The position numbers and the translations under genes are program-made. A DNA stretch of 64,000 bases from Candidatus Altimarinota bacterium (GTDB lineage: Bacteria; Patescibacteriota; Gracilibacteria; UBA1369; GCA-2718715), in assembly GCA_041242255.1 (NCBI GenBank), contig JBESAV010000001.1:736001-800000 (forward strand). Reading direction: 5' to 3'. Each line of letters starts with the position of its first letter. Position 1 is the stretch's first letter. Shown here one piece after another: positions 29,109 to 39,342 of the stretch. Under the pieces are notes generated by a model. The model was not told the DNA's origin, did not search any database, and saw nothing but the letters and a program-made list of their open reading frames with translations.

Positions 29109-30880
29109 ATATTTTTAAACCGTATTATCAAACCAACACTCATAGAGAACAACAACAATAAAACCAAACCCGGACCAGTTTCAGATGTAGTATCTACGTC
29201 CGAAGCACCCATCAAACTTGTATTATCTGGTCTCCCAGGAGCCACAGATATAATATCACTCCCAGCTACCTCATTCCCATCCTGATCAACCGCAAATACT
29301 TGAAAATAATAATTAACCTCATTTTCTAGATTAGGCACAAACCATTCAGGATTACTTCCTATTGTATCAACAAAAGAAGTAAGAGCAGTAGGGGATTCCC
29401 CGAACTTGATAGAGTAAAACAAAACATTAACTCCTGCAGGAGCATTCCAGGTTAACCTAACACGCTTATCCAAAGACTCTCCTTGAAGACCTGTGATCTC
29501 CATACCACTACCTAGCAAACTATCATCTTCTTCTTGAACTTCACCACCAACAGTTATACTAACTCCCGTCTCTAAGGTTGAAGGATTACCAACATCATCG
29601 ACAACCATTATATTAACAGGATACTGGCCATTTGACACTGGAGCAGTAATTTGACCAGTATAAAAAGTCCCCGTTACATCTTGCTTAAACAAATCAGTAC
29701 GAACTCCATTCAGCATAACAGAAGCAGAGTTTGCATTATTATTTAACTCTAGTTCAACATCAATTAACTCAACAGGCGCTACCTCCAATTTACTTAGCTC
29801 AAAGCTTCTTATAGACACTCCACCAGTTCTAATCTCAACATTATAGACTGAACTTAAAGTTTCATTAACTCTAAACTGAAACTCATACAATCCATCCTCA
29901 AGAGCTGGGAGGAGCTCAGTAAAAGAACCGTCAACTCCTGCATCAAAACTTACAAAATCAGCTCCACCTTCTAAAACCGTTACTTCAAGACCAGGCTCTG
30001 TAGTTCCTTTAACTAAAATTCTATTTTCAGAATAAACTGTAGAAGTAGGTGATTCTATTTGTAGCAACGTTTCTTCATCATTCAAAGCATCAGTATCTAC
30101 AACCTCAACATTAAATTCAGCTGTAATATCTTCATCATCGACATCAGTGATTTTCAAAGTTTTCGTTCCAACACTATTAAATACCAACGATTCAACAAAC
30201 CTATGTCTTCCAGCATCTTGCAAAACAAAAGTATAGTCATTAGGTGTGACAGCATTTGAGTCATTCAAAGCTTCTACCTTAATTGTTCCAGTATACGATA
30301 CGTCATCTTCCTGGGCCTCATCAAGCGCTTGAACCGTAAAAGTTACAGGAGATTGAACTTCAACTACAGAAGGTAAATCTTCCACATCAAATCGATTCAT
30401 TTCTGCTTGAGCTAAGAGTATTTCATCACCACCAAAGCCAAACATATTAGCTCCCAACCATTTACTAATATCAAAATTATCTGATTCACCTGAAACAGAC
30501 TCAACAACCATAAAACCGTCTCTCAATAAGATTTCGCTGTATCTTTCACCTTGCTCAAGTAAAAACAAATCATAATTCCCAGATACATCCAAAAGTGAAC
30601 TATCCAGTCTGTAAGGTGTTAAAGATTCAATACTATCCATATCAACATCTTTAACTTTAACTAAACTAAGGTCAGGTTTTCTCAATGCTAAAAAATAATC
30701 TCCATTGTATTCTTCAGAACCCTCCCATCTCTCAAAAGAGTAAAAAGTATCTTCACCCAAAATAGTATCTACAACCTTCAACTCATACATGGAAGTAGCA
30801 AGAACAACTGAAAATGAATTAAAAAACAAAAACACAAATATAAAAAGTCCTTTTAAGCAAATCTTTTTCAAAATATACAA
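29105..30880 (-). CDS. Acidic surface protein with Ig-like and fibronectin type III domains and a C-terminal sorting-like tail
   Basis: Signal peptide and beta-rich repeats. FN3 segment VRLTWNAP...LENEVNYYFQVFAVD. Ends SETGP, hydrophobic helix, RFK. Confidence 0.75.
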   Translation of the reverse strand: MYILKKICLKGLFIFVFLFFNSFSVVLATSMYELKVVDTILGEDTFYSFERWEGSEEYNGDYFLALRKPDLSLVKVKDVDMDSIESLTPYRLDSSLLDVSGNYDLFLLEQGERYSEILLRDGFMVVESVSGESDNFDISKWLGANMFGFGGDEILLAQAEMNRFDVEDLPSVVEVQSPVTFTVQALDEAQEDDVSYTGTIKVEALNDSNAVTPNDYTFVLQDAGRHRFVESLVFNSVGTKTLKITDVDDEDITAEFNVEVVDTDALNDEETLLQIESPTSTVYSENRILVKGTTEPGLEVTVLEGGADFVSFDAGVDGSFTELLPALEDGLYEFQFRVNETLSSVYNVEIRTGGVSIRSFELSKLEVAPVELIDVELELNNNANSASVMLNGVRTDLFKQDVTGTFYTGQITAPVSNGQYPVNIMVVDDVGNPSTLETGVSITVGGEVQEEDDSLLGSGMEITGLQGESLDKRVRLTWNAPAGVNVLFYSIKFGESPTALTSFVDTIGSNPEWFVPNLENEVNYYFQVFAVDQDGNEVAGSDIISVAPGRPDNTSLMGASDVDTTSETGPGLVLLLLFSMSVGLIIRFKNI

Positions 30881-30936
30881 TCTTAAATTATGCTCAAAGT
30901 ATAGTTATTAATACTGAAATTATAACTTTATTCTTG

Positions 30937-30965
30937 TTGTCATAAGACCAGTTTAGAGTTATAAT
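30937..30965 (+). promoter_or_regulatory. Sigma70-type promoter of the RsbW-STAS-PrsW operon
   Basis: TTGTCA, 17-nt spacer, TATAAT. Confidence 0.6.
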
Positions 30966-30985
30966 ATATAGATAAATCATTACTC

Positions 30986-31507
30986 ATGAACAAACAACAA
31001 ACGCCGAACACCCCAACGGAGATCAAAATTCAACTTCCTACGAATGCTTATTTTATGTCTGGAATTAGAGATTTCACCTTAGCTTTGATTCGAAATATGA
31101 CTGATTTTTCGGAAACATGGGCTTATAGATTTCAGTCAGTTGTTGATGAGTTATGCAATAATGCTATTGAACATGGTTCAGATAAAGACGATAAAATCCT
31201 CATTACATTTTTAACTAACCCAGATCAATCCATTCAAATCACAGTTGAGGATAATGGAACCAACCCAGAAGCCAAAACTGCTAAAGAAGTGCTAGAAGTT
31301 ATGAACAAAAATAAAGATAAAAAATTAACTGAACTAGGAATAAGAGGTAGGGGGCTTGCTTTCATTGTTGATAAGTGGACCGATAAACTTGAAGTTGAAG
31401 ATAGAGAAGGAGGAGGGCTTAGAGTCACAGTAACTAAAAACCTCCACGACCCAAAATTTCAAACTGAGGTAAACAATGATCCAACACATATAATCTTAAA
31501 TAATTAA
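30986..31507 (+). CDS. RsbW/SpoIIAB-like anti-sigma factor Ser kinase (GHKL)
   Basis: N-box VDELCNNAIEHG, G1 VEDNG and G2 RGRGL. Confidence 0.88.
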   Translation: MNKQQTPNTPTEIKIQLPTNAYFMSGIRDFTLALIRNMTDFSETWAYRFQSVVDELCNNAIEHGSDKDDKILITFLTNPDQSIQITVEDNGTNPEAKTAKEVLEVMNKNKDKKLTELGIRGRGLAFIVDKWTDKLEVEDREGGGLRVTVTKNLHDPKFQTEVNNDPTHIILNN

Positions 31508-31508
31508 A

Positions 31509-31874
31509 ATGGCAGATATTACATATACAATTTCAGACCTAATAAGTGTCCAATCAGATAAAAAAATCAAACTCATTACATTAGAGGGACAACTTGATGA
31601 ATCAAATGTAGATGCATTTGCACCTAAAGTTTATGAAGTTATTGAAGCATTACCAGAAAACTCAAGCTTAATCATAGATTTTGAAAAAGTTTCTTATCTA
31701 AATAGTAAAAGTATTGGTTACATTTCAGACTTTTTCACACAGCTTCAAGCTAAAAACTCAAAGTTAATTCTTGCCAAACCTGCAGCAAACATAAGAGATA
31801 TCTTTAATGTTGTGGGACTTGACCAAGTTATCAGCATAACTCAAACAATAGAAGAAGCTAAAAGCCTATCTTAA
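31509..31874 (+). CDS. STAS-domain anti-sigma factor antagonist (RsbV/SpoIIAA-like)
   Basis: LEGQLD, IIDFEKVSYLNSKSIG (phospho-acceptor Ser region) and IFNVVGL. Confidence 0.9.
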   Translation: MADITYTISDLISVQSDKKIKLITLEGQLDESNVDAFAPKVYEVIEALPENSSLIIDFEKVSYLNSKSIGYISDFFTQLQAKNSKLILAKPAANIRDIFNVVGLDQVISITQTIEEAKSLS

Positions 31875-32947
31875 TGCACCCAATCCTACAAAATCTACTT
31901 AGTATATTCCAAAACTTTAATACATTGAGTGTATTATTAGGTTTGTTTGCACCTCTAGTAGCTTTTTCAATTCTTCATTTCAAACTAAGAAGAGACAAAA
32001 ACTACAAAACATTCATACTTATATTCCTCGGGGGTACACTTACAGTTCTTCCTATTTTTCTATACCAACTTACCTACCAGTACCTCATTAGTACTGCCAC
32101 TATTCCAGACTTTGTAGGTTCAATAAAAACTTCTCTAGCAAGTAGAAATATTGCCTACTGGTCAATTCTATTCTACATATTCATAGCCCTAACAGAAGAA
32201 TTTATTAAATTCTTTGTAGTAAAGAAACTAGACAAAAGAAATCCAGAACTTATCACAACAATCAACGACGCCCTAAAACTAGGTATTGCAGCAGGGCTAG
32301 GTTTTGCTTTTGCAGAAAACATAAAATACTTTTCAGATTACACTAGCTTAGGAATTGGAACTTCATACAAAGGTTTAATCACACTATTTATTGGCCGAAC
32401 CTTTATAACAACAGTTGGTCACACTATGTTCACATGCATATTTACTTACTACTACGGAATATCTAAATTTGCTAAAGACTTTTTAGATTTTGAAAAACTA
32501 CAGGGAAAATTTGTACAACCATCTGACTACGAAAAATTCCGTAAAAAATATGTCCTAAAAGGTTTTCTAATAAGTTTAATAATACATGCTTTATTCAACT
32601 TATCCTTAGAGTTACCTAAAATAGTTAATTCACCAAACATTCCACTTCAAAACCTTAAAACAATCAGCCAACTATCCGCAATTGGACTAATAGTTATGAT
32701 GGTAATATATGTCTCATTCTTACTGCAAAGAAAAACAGGAAACCTCACCTTTATCTTAGCCGATAAATACAGGTCTAGCATGGCTGCTAAAGACGAAGAG
32801 GTCATTTTAGAGCTTATAGGTATGTGGTACAAAGAGGGGAGATACAAAGAAGTTCAAGAAATATGTGAACGCCTACTTAAAAGAGACCCAGACAATAATG
32901 TAGTTAAACTATTCAAAGCTCATGCCACTGACAAACTAGCCGAGTAA
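31874..32947 (+). CDS. PrsW-family intramembrane glutamic protease with C-terminal TPR-like helix pair
   Basis: EEFIK, GFAFAEN, GHTMFT and HALFN motifs. C-terminal WYKEGRYKEVQEICERLLKRDPDN. Confidence 0.88.
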   Translation: MHPILQNLLSIFQNFNTLSVLLGLFAPLVAFSILHFKLRRDKNYKTFILIFLGGTLTVLPIFLYQLTYQYLISTATIPDFVGSIKTSLASRNIAYWSILFYIFIALTEEFIKFFVVKKLDKRNPELITTINDALKLGIAAGLGFAFAENIKYFSDYTSLGIGTSYKGLITLFIGRTFITTVGHTMFTCIFTYYYGISKFAKDFLDFEKLQGKFVQPSDYEKFRKKYVLKGFLISLIIHALFNLSLELPKIVNSPNIPLQNLKTISQLSAIGLIVMMVIYVSFLLQRKTGNLTFILADKYRSSMAAKDEEVILELIGMWYKEGRYKEVQEICERLLKRDPDNNVVKLFKAHATDKLAE

Positions 32948-32998
32948 CCGCTTGCAAATCTAAAACTATCCACTAGTATTTAAGAAAATAAGTGGATT

Positions 32999-34105
32999 AT
33001 GAAAGTTGCATTAGTTACAGATTGGCTTACATCAAGGGGGGGAGCAGAGGAGGTAGTTTTAGATATGTTAGAAGTTTACCCTGATGCTCATATATATACA
33101 TCAGTTTTTAAACCTAAAAACTTTCCAGAACTTAAAGACAAAAAAGTTATAACATCTTTTATACAAAAACTCCCACTACTCAATCGCAAACATCAAATAG
33201 CTATATCTTTAATGCCTTTAGCTTTTGAAAATTTTGACCTTTCTTCATACGACATGATTATTTCTTCAAGCGTTGCCTGTTCTAAAGGAGTAATTACCAA
33301 ACCAGAAACTCTACATGTTTCTTATTGCCATACTCCCATGAGATTCGTATGGAATGATTGTCATAACTATATTAAAAACTTCCCACTTCCAAATTTCATC
33401 AAAAAACTAGCCACAAACCAATTGCATAAACTAAGAATGTGGGACTACCTTGCAAGCCAAAGAGTTGATCAGTTTTTTGCTAATTCTGAAAATGTAAGAA
33501 AAAGAATAAAAAAATATTATAAGCAGGATTCAATAGTAATTCATCCAGGTACAAAAATCTCTTCAAAAAATCACCCTAAGCCAAAAGAATCTAATTACTA
33601 TATTGCAGTTGGTAGATTAATCTCATACAAAAGGTTTGATCTAATCATAAAAGCCTTTAATCAAAACAAGAAAAACCTAATCATTATAGGAGATGGAAAT
33701 ATGACAAAAAAACTCCATAAACTAAACACCAATCCCAATACTAAATTCCTAGGCTTTGTTGATAACGAAACTAAAAACCAATACCTACAGCACGCAAATG
33801 CTTTAATCTTCCCTCAAGAAGAAGATTTCGGAATAACTCCACTAGAAGCCCAATCATTTGGAACTCCTGTTATAGCCCTCGATAAAGGTGGCGCTAAAGA
33901 AACTGTCTCAGATCAAACTGGTGTCTTTTTTCAAAACCAAACAACACAAGATTTAAACCAAGCCATTCAAGAATTTGAAGTGAGGAAATTCAACAAAAAT
34001 ATTATCAAGGAACACGCAAAAACTTTCTCCAAGCAAATCTTTCAAAACAAACTAAAATCAAATCTAGAAAAAGCTTATGCCAAACACAAAAAAGAAATGG
34101 CATAA
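32999..34105 (+). CDS. Glycosyltransferase family 4
   Basis: ALVTDWL..RGGAE, YCHTPMR, VGRLISYK and EDFGITPLEAQSFGTPVIA motifs. Confidence 0.92.
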   Translation: MKVALVTDWLTSRGGAEEVVLDMLEVYPDAHIYTSVFKPKNFPELKDKKVITSFIQKLPLLNRKHQIAISLMPLAFENFDLSSYDMIISSSVACSKGVITKPETLHVSYCHTPMRFVWNDCHNYIKNFPLPNFIKKLATNQLHKLRMWDYLASQRVDQFFANSENVRKRIKKYYKQDSIVIHPGTKISSKNHPKPKESNYYIAVGRLISYKRFDLIIKAFNQNKKNLIIIGDGNMTKKLHKLNTNPNTKFLGFVDNETKNQYLQHANALIFPQEEDFGITPLEAQSFGTPVIALDKGGAKETVSDQTGVFFQNQTTQDLNQAIQEFEVRKFNKNIIKEHAKTFSKQIFQNKLKSNLEKAYAKHKKEMA

Positions 34106-35132
34106 GAATCATCTAGTCATTGATCTTAGAGCACTCCAAGACTTCAAACATAACGGCGTTACAAAATCATCTTACTACTGGATAAACGAGCTTATAAAAC
34201 AATCAAAGTCAGATGAACCTATAACCCTTTGGACAAACTCAAAAGATCACAAAGAATTACCACAACATTGGCTTACAAAAAAGAATGTAAACCACATACA
34301 TACATGCTATGGAAACTTTATCTTAAGCATCTTGTGGTATTTAAATCTTGGGCCAAAATTATCAAAAATCCTAAAACTGAATTCAAAATTCATCTTGTTT
34401 TCACCTGACATTAGACCAAGACCACATGATAACTACCTCAAAACAATTCAATACTTTCACGACATTGCATTTTTGAAATTTCCAAATCAATTTTCCCTCA
34501 AATCCAGATTATTATTTTTTTTAAGCAAACCTAAAAAACTTTTCTTCGAATCAGATTTAATACTCACAAATTCAAAATTTACTAAATCAGAACTAACAAA
34601 TCACTTCAATGAATCAAAAAAAATTAAAATTATTCACCCAACTTTACCAAAGAAACTTCCAACAAAAACAACTAAACTCCCGTTCCAAAATTACTATCTC
34701 TCTATTTCAACAATTCAAAAAAGAAAAGACTTCAAGTCATTAATTCAAAAATTCACAAACAGCAACCAAAACTTATTAATCATTGGACAAGTAGATGCGA
34801 CGTTCACCAAAACAAAATTACAAAAATCTAACAATATAAAAATACTGTCCAATATATCTGATAAAGAAAAACACTTCTTAATACGAAACTCTATTGCCAC
34901 AATTTACCCCAGCAACTACGAAGGTTTTGGTCTCCCAATACTGGAAAGCATTAGACTAAAAAAAGAAGTTTACTGCAAAGCAATCCCACCTTTCAAATCA
35001 TTATTCAAGAACCAAACTACAGATCTATCACAACTCTTCAAAATTAAACCAAAAGAAATTTCTAAACCAAACTTATTCCCATTGAAAAAAGAAATACGAA
35101 AACTAAAAAGAAACATCTACAACCTTGACTAA
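34077..35132 (+). CDS. Glycosyltransferase family 4 (divergent)
   Basis: FHDIAFLKFP, RKDF and YPSNYEGFGLPILES motifs. Confidence 0.85.
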   Translation: MPNTKKKWHKNHLVIDLRALQDFKHNGVTKSSYYWINELIKQSKSDEPITLWTNSKDHKELPQHWLTKKNVNHIHTCYGNFILSILWYLNLGPKLSKILKLNSKFILFSPDIRPRPHDNYLKTIQYFHDIAFLKFPNQFSLKSRLLFFLSKPKKLFFESDLILTNSKFTKSELTNHFNESKKIKIIHPTLPKKLPTKTTKLPFQNYYLSISTIQKRKDFKSLIQKFTNSNQNLLIIGQVDATFTKTKLQKSNNIKILSNISDKEKHFLIRNSIATIYPSNYEGFGLPILESIRLKKEVYCKAIPPFKSLFKNQTTDLSQLFKIKPKEISKPNLFPLKKEIRKLKRNIYNLD

Positions 35133-35153
35133 AGTCGTCAAACCACATATAGT
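35125..35153 (+). promoter_or_regulatory. Sigma70-type promoter of the surface-protein gene
   Basis: TTGACT, 17-nt spacer, TATAGT. Confidence 0.55.
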
Positions 35154-35176
35154 TTCCTCTTAATTTAATAGAATAA

Positions 35177-37336
35177 ATGTTTAAAAAATTCAAAACACAA
35201 ATCGCCACCCTAACGTCACTAGCCATAATCCTAGTTCCTTCATTAATCATGGCCAGTCCTTTTAGCTCGGACAGCAGTTTGGAAGTTTTCCCATACAACC
35301 AAACTCTAACTTTCGAAACAACAACCAACACAAAAGCAACACAAGCTTTTAGTATTAAAAACACATCAGATAGAGAAAAAACTATTTACGTTCAACAATA
35401 TCCAAAAAATGGTTTCCAATACCTTGGGTCTTCTTACATAGTCATACCTGCAAACTCAAGTTCATACATATCAGTTAACTTCAAATCTGCAGAAACTGGA
35501 AATTTTGATTCTATTATGAGAATCCAACATAACGACACAAAAGAAACAAAAAATATAAATCTATCAGCAACAGTTTACTCTAACACTAACAATAACGGAG
35601 TATCAGTATCAGAAACCAGCATAAATTTTGGAGAAAAAACCTCAGGAAGCAACTCAACAACAGACATCCAAATTAGAAATAACAATTCATTTCCAATCAA
35701 CATCTCGACAAGCCAACTTAAACAACCTTTCCGAGTAATCTCTCATCCTACTAAACTAGACGCTTACCAAACTGGAATAATAACAGTAGAATTTTCACCT
35801 GAAAACAAAGGTAGCTTTAGTCAAAACTTTACAGTTAACACATCTGATCCATCTCGAAATACTATCAACATGATAGTTAAAGGCTCATCAAATTCAGATA
35901 ACAATACTTCCGAAAGCAAAGAGGGAAGTCTAAATTTATCTTCCAATAGAGTTATCTTCAATCAAACATCAAGCAACTCAAGTACAAGCAAAAAAGTAAC
36001 TATAAGCAATCCAAACTCATTTGATGTAGAAGTTAAACTTCCATCAAATATACAAAAACCATTCACAGCCAAACTTCAAAATGCAACTGGTCGCACCACA
36101 GTTATAAAAGCCAGATCATCTAAAACATTAACTGTTACCTTCCAACCAACTCAAAACCAATACTACGAACAAGATATTATTCTATCCACCGATCTAAAAA
36201 ACAACAAAACTTACGAGATACAAGTACAGGCTAATTCTAGATATAGAAATGATAACCCTAATCAGCCAAACCCTCCAATCCCATACAATCCAAATCCTCA
36301 AAGTCCATACACTTCATTAGAGGTAACTCGAAATAACCTAAATCCAGATCTAAATCAGATTGCATATTTCAATTTTAATTTTGGTCAAGAATTCCAAACA
36401 CAAAATTCAGCAACACTATCTATTAAAGATACAAAAAACAATCAAACTATATATTCTCAATCCGCAAATAATCTTCCAAATGGTAGAAATAACTGGAAAC
36501 TATCTTGGAATGGTAAAAACTATAATAGTAATAGTGTTTTAGAAGGCAACTACGAATATACAGTCACACTATCTTCACGAAGTGGATATCAAAAAAACTA
36601 CCAAGGTTCTATCAACGTAGTTCGAAATCCTTCTCACATGCCAGTTAACATAACCTCAAATGTCATCCAAGACAAAAAGTGTCTTAGCTACACTGATGTA
36701 AAATATGATTCAAATCTATGTGATGCAATTATATTTGCCGATGACCAAAACCTATTAAAAAATAATCAAACAATATTCACTAAAGATAAAGAGGTTACTA
36801 GAGCCCAAGCTCTCTCATCTTTAGTAAAACTATTTGATTTAAAAATGCAAAAATACAATCCAAACATTGATGGTTCATTAGGGTTTACAGATATAGAATC
36901 AAATAATTGGATTCTTCCATTCATAAAAACTATACAATTCTATGACAAGGATAATATGATCCTATCAGGATATGAAAACAAAGACCTAGAAAAAGAATTT
37001 AGACCTGAACAAATCATAACAAGAGGAGAGCTTTATAAATTATTCTTCGAGATAGCCAACCTAGAAACCCAAGCGAAAAACAATTATTTAATGGACTACT
37101 ACCTAACCCAGAGGCCATTCCAGGATACAGCTGTAGACTCAAACTATGATTGGTACACACCATATGCAGGACTTGCACTAGAGCAGCTAAACAATAGTAA
37201 CTTCACTAAAAAATACTTTGGATCGTTTAGTATCAATCCATATACTAAGTTCTGCGCCCATCAAGAGGTAGACAAAGAAGAGTTCTTCGAACTTATATAC
37301 GAAGCACACAAAACAAGAACAATACGATTCAACTAG
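35177..37336 (+). CDS. Secreted surface protein with three ASH/PapD-like Ig domains, Pro/Asn linker, FlgD-Ig-like and SLH-like domains
   Basis: Repeated pattern (INFG...IQIRN...PF...TVEFSP), NPNQPNPPIPYNPNP linker, LSWNGKN...EGNYEY, and VTRAQAL / FRPEQIITRGE SLH-like motifs. Confidence 0.7.
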   Translation: MFKKFKTQIATLTSLAIILVPSLIMASPFSSDSSLEVFPYNQTLTFETTTNTKATQAFSIKNTSDREKTIYVQQYPKNGFQYLGSSYIVIPANSSSYISVNFKSAETGNFDSIMRIQHNDTKETKNINLSATVYSNTNNNGVSVSETSINFGEKTSGSNSTTDIQIRNNNSFPINISTSQLKQPFRVISHPTKLDAYQTGIITVEFSPENKGSFSQNFTVNTSDPSRNTINMIVKGSSNSDNNTSESKEGSLNLSSNRVIFNQTSSNSSTSKKVTISNPNSFDVEVKLPSNIQKPFTAKLQNATGRTTVIKARSSKTLTVTFQPTQNQYYEQDIILSTDLKNNKTYEIQVQANSRYRNDNPNQPNPPIPYNPNPQSPYTSLEVTRNNLNPDLNQIAYFNFNFGQEFQTQNSATLSIKDTKNNQTIYSQSANNLPNGRNNWKLSWNGKNYNSNSVLEGNYEYTVTLSSRSGYQKNYQGSINVVRNPSHMPVNITSNVIQDKKCLSYTDVKYDSNLCDAIIFADDQNLLKNNQTIFTKDKEVTRAQALSSLVKLFDLKMQKYNPNIDGSLGFTDIESNNWILPFIKTIQFYDKDNMILSGYENKDLEKEFRPEQIITRGELYKLFFEIANLETQAKNNYLMDYYLTQRPFQDTAVDSNYDWYTPYAGLALEQLNNSNFTKKYFGSFSINPYTKFCAHQEVDKEEFFELIYEAHKTRTIRFN

Positions 37337-37350
37337 ATTCCAAAGCCTAC

Positions 37351-38676
37351 TTACTTAGTAGGCTTTTTTCTTTTTTTACTATCTTTGTATTTCACACTTA
37401 TTGCTGTTCCGTTAAAACCAAACTTTTCTCGGATCTTATTTTCGATATACCTTTGATATGAAAAGTGTAGATCATCAGCTCCTTTAGCAAATACCAAAAA
37501 TGTAGGTGGTTCAATATCAACTTGCTCAGCAAACTTAAATCTTACACCTTCACCTGGATAATGCTCTTGAAAAACATTCTCCATAAAGTAATTCAAATCT
37601 CTAGTAGGCACCTTAACCTGTCTTTCTTTTTTAATGTTAGCAGATATCTCCAAAATCTTTTCAGTATTTTTACCTGAAAGAGCTGAAGTGAAAATCACAG
37701 GTGCAAAGTATGCAAAAGGCATCTTTTTATGCAATTGATACATAATTCTATTTTTCTCCTCTGGTTTCACTAAGTCAGCTTTATTTAAAACAATAATTAA
37801 ACCTTTCTTAGCCTCCAATACATACTGTGCAACTCTCAAGTCTTGCTTCTTCAAAGGCTCACTACAATCCATTGTCAGAACACCAATATCGGCTTCCTCA
37901 AGAGACTGTAAACTTCTAATCACACTGTATTTCTCTATCTTTGAGAACCTTAACTTACCACGCTTTCTAATACCTGCAGTATCTATTAGCACGTAGTCAT
38001 TATCCTCGTACTTGAATGGCATGTAAACTGAGTCTCTAGTGGTACCAGAAACATCTGAAACTAAAACCTTATCTTCACCAAACAAACTATTCATCAAAGA
38101 TGATTTACCTACATTAGGTCGTCCAATAAAACAAAGTTTGGTTGCAGAATCGTATTCATGATCAACCTCATACTCAAAACTATCAACTAAATCTTCAAGC
38201 CTATACCATAGATCTTCTAAACCTTTCTTATGTATAGCTGAAACTTTAGCAAAATCATCAAATCCTAAACGATGCATTTCATGTATATACTCTTCAGAAA
38301 GCTGGTTATCTATTTTAGTACCAACTAAAATAACCTTCTTACCAGACTTTCTTAGTATATTTGCAACTTCTTGATCATCAGAACTAAGTGGCTTAGTAGA
38401 ATCAACTACAAACATGATTGCATCCGCTTCTTCAATCGCTACGAGACTTTGTCTTTTAATGTCAAAATCAATACTATCCTTATCAGAGGAAAAGTCTAAA
38501 CCACCAGTATCTACTAAAAGAAATTTCTTCCCACGAAGCTCCATATTCTCAAAAACTCTATCTCTAGTAGTACCAGCCTCATCAAATGTAATAGATTTCT
38601 TTTTTCCGATAAGTCTATTAAACAATGTTGATTTTCCAGTATTTGGTTTCCCAACAATCGCTATAATTGGTAACAT
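37351..38676 (-). CDS. der: Ribosome biogenesis GTPase Der (EngA)
   Basis: Two G domains (GKPNTGKST/DTGG and GRPNVGKSS/DTAG) plus a KH-like C-terminus. Confidence 0.97.
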   Translation of the reverse strand: MLPIIAIVGKPNTGKSTLFNRLIGKKKSITFDEAGTTRDRVFENMELRGKKFLLVDTGGLDFSSDKDSIDFDIKRQSLVAIEEADAIMFVVDSTKPLSSDDQEVANILRKSGKKVILVGTKIDNQLSEEYIHEMHRLGFDDFAKVSAIHKKGLEDLWYRLEDLVDSFEYEVDHEYDSATKLCFIGRPNVGKSSLMNSLFGEDKVLVSDVSGTTRDSVYMPFKYEDNDYVLIDTAGIRKRGKLRFSKIEKYSVIRSLQSLEEADIGVLTMDCSEPLKKQDLRVAQYVLEAKKGLIIVLNKADLVKPEEKNRIMYQLHKKMPFAYFAPVIFTSALSGKNTEKILEISANIKKERQVKVPTRDLNYFMENVFQEHYPGEGVRFKFAEQVDIEPPTFLVFAKGADDLHFSYQRYIENKIREKFGFNGTAISVKYKDSKKRKKPTK

Positions 38677-38762
38677 ATAAGTAACATTTATTTCCCTAAC
38701 TATAACACATTTTTTCTAAATTGCTACCCATATACATGTGTTATGATTAATGCTATAATAAT

Positions 38763-39341
38763 ATGATAAAAAATCATATGAAAAAACTTTTATTTGCAAT
38801 CCTTGCCACGATATTTATCTCCATACCTGCACATGCACAGGGGATAAGCATTATACCTGAAGTAAATGAAGACTTCAGAAGCAACTACAGCTGTACTATA
38901 ATCATGAAAGAATTTGAACAGTTATACGATTTTAGAATAGGTGGCGACCCAACCTCTAACCAAAGGTTTAAATGTGCTACTGACTACCTTGGCAGATACC
39001 TGCAAAACCCATCCAGCACAACCTACACATGCCCATCAGATGTCGATAACCCACAATTCACAGAAAACGACATATTAGGATGTAGTATTATCACAGGAAG
39101 GATCCGTTTCGCCTACGTACCACGATTCATAGTTTACTCTCTTGAGCTACTGACAATCCTAAGTGGAGTCTTATCCCTTTTATTTGTAATACTAGGCGGA
39201 TACTACTATCTTATTAACAGTTTTTCCGGTTCAGACACTGACAAAGGTAAATCTTACATCAAGAATGCCATCACAGGTCTTATCTTAAGTATGTCGGCCT
39301 GGGCTATAATAAATCTTATTCAATTATTCTTTACTTCTTAA
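38763..39341 (+). CDS. CPR-type pilin-like protein (TrbC/VirB2-like C-terminal hairpin)
   Basis: Signal peptide, Cys-containing variable region, and LFVILGGYYYL...DKGKSYIKNAITGLIL..SAWAII. The start may be at 38778. Confidence 0.7.
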   Translation: MIKNHMKKLLFAILATIFISIPAHAQGISIIPEVNEDFRSNYSCTIIMKEFEQLYDFRIGGDPTSNQRFKCATDYLGRYLQNPSSTTYTCPSDVDNPQFTENDILGCSIITGRIRFAYVPRFIVYSLELLTILSGVLSLLFVILGGYYYLINSFSGSDTDKGKSYIKNAITGLILSMSAWAIINLIQLFFTS

Positions 39342-39342
39342 A

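Noticed and set aside
17129-35135. Shared 11-mer TTGACTAAAGT in the ncRNA and surface-protein promoters
   Set aside because: It is mostly the -35 consensus plus A-rich sequence. Two instances are not enough to call a motif.
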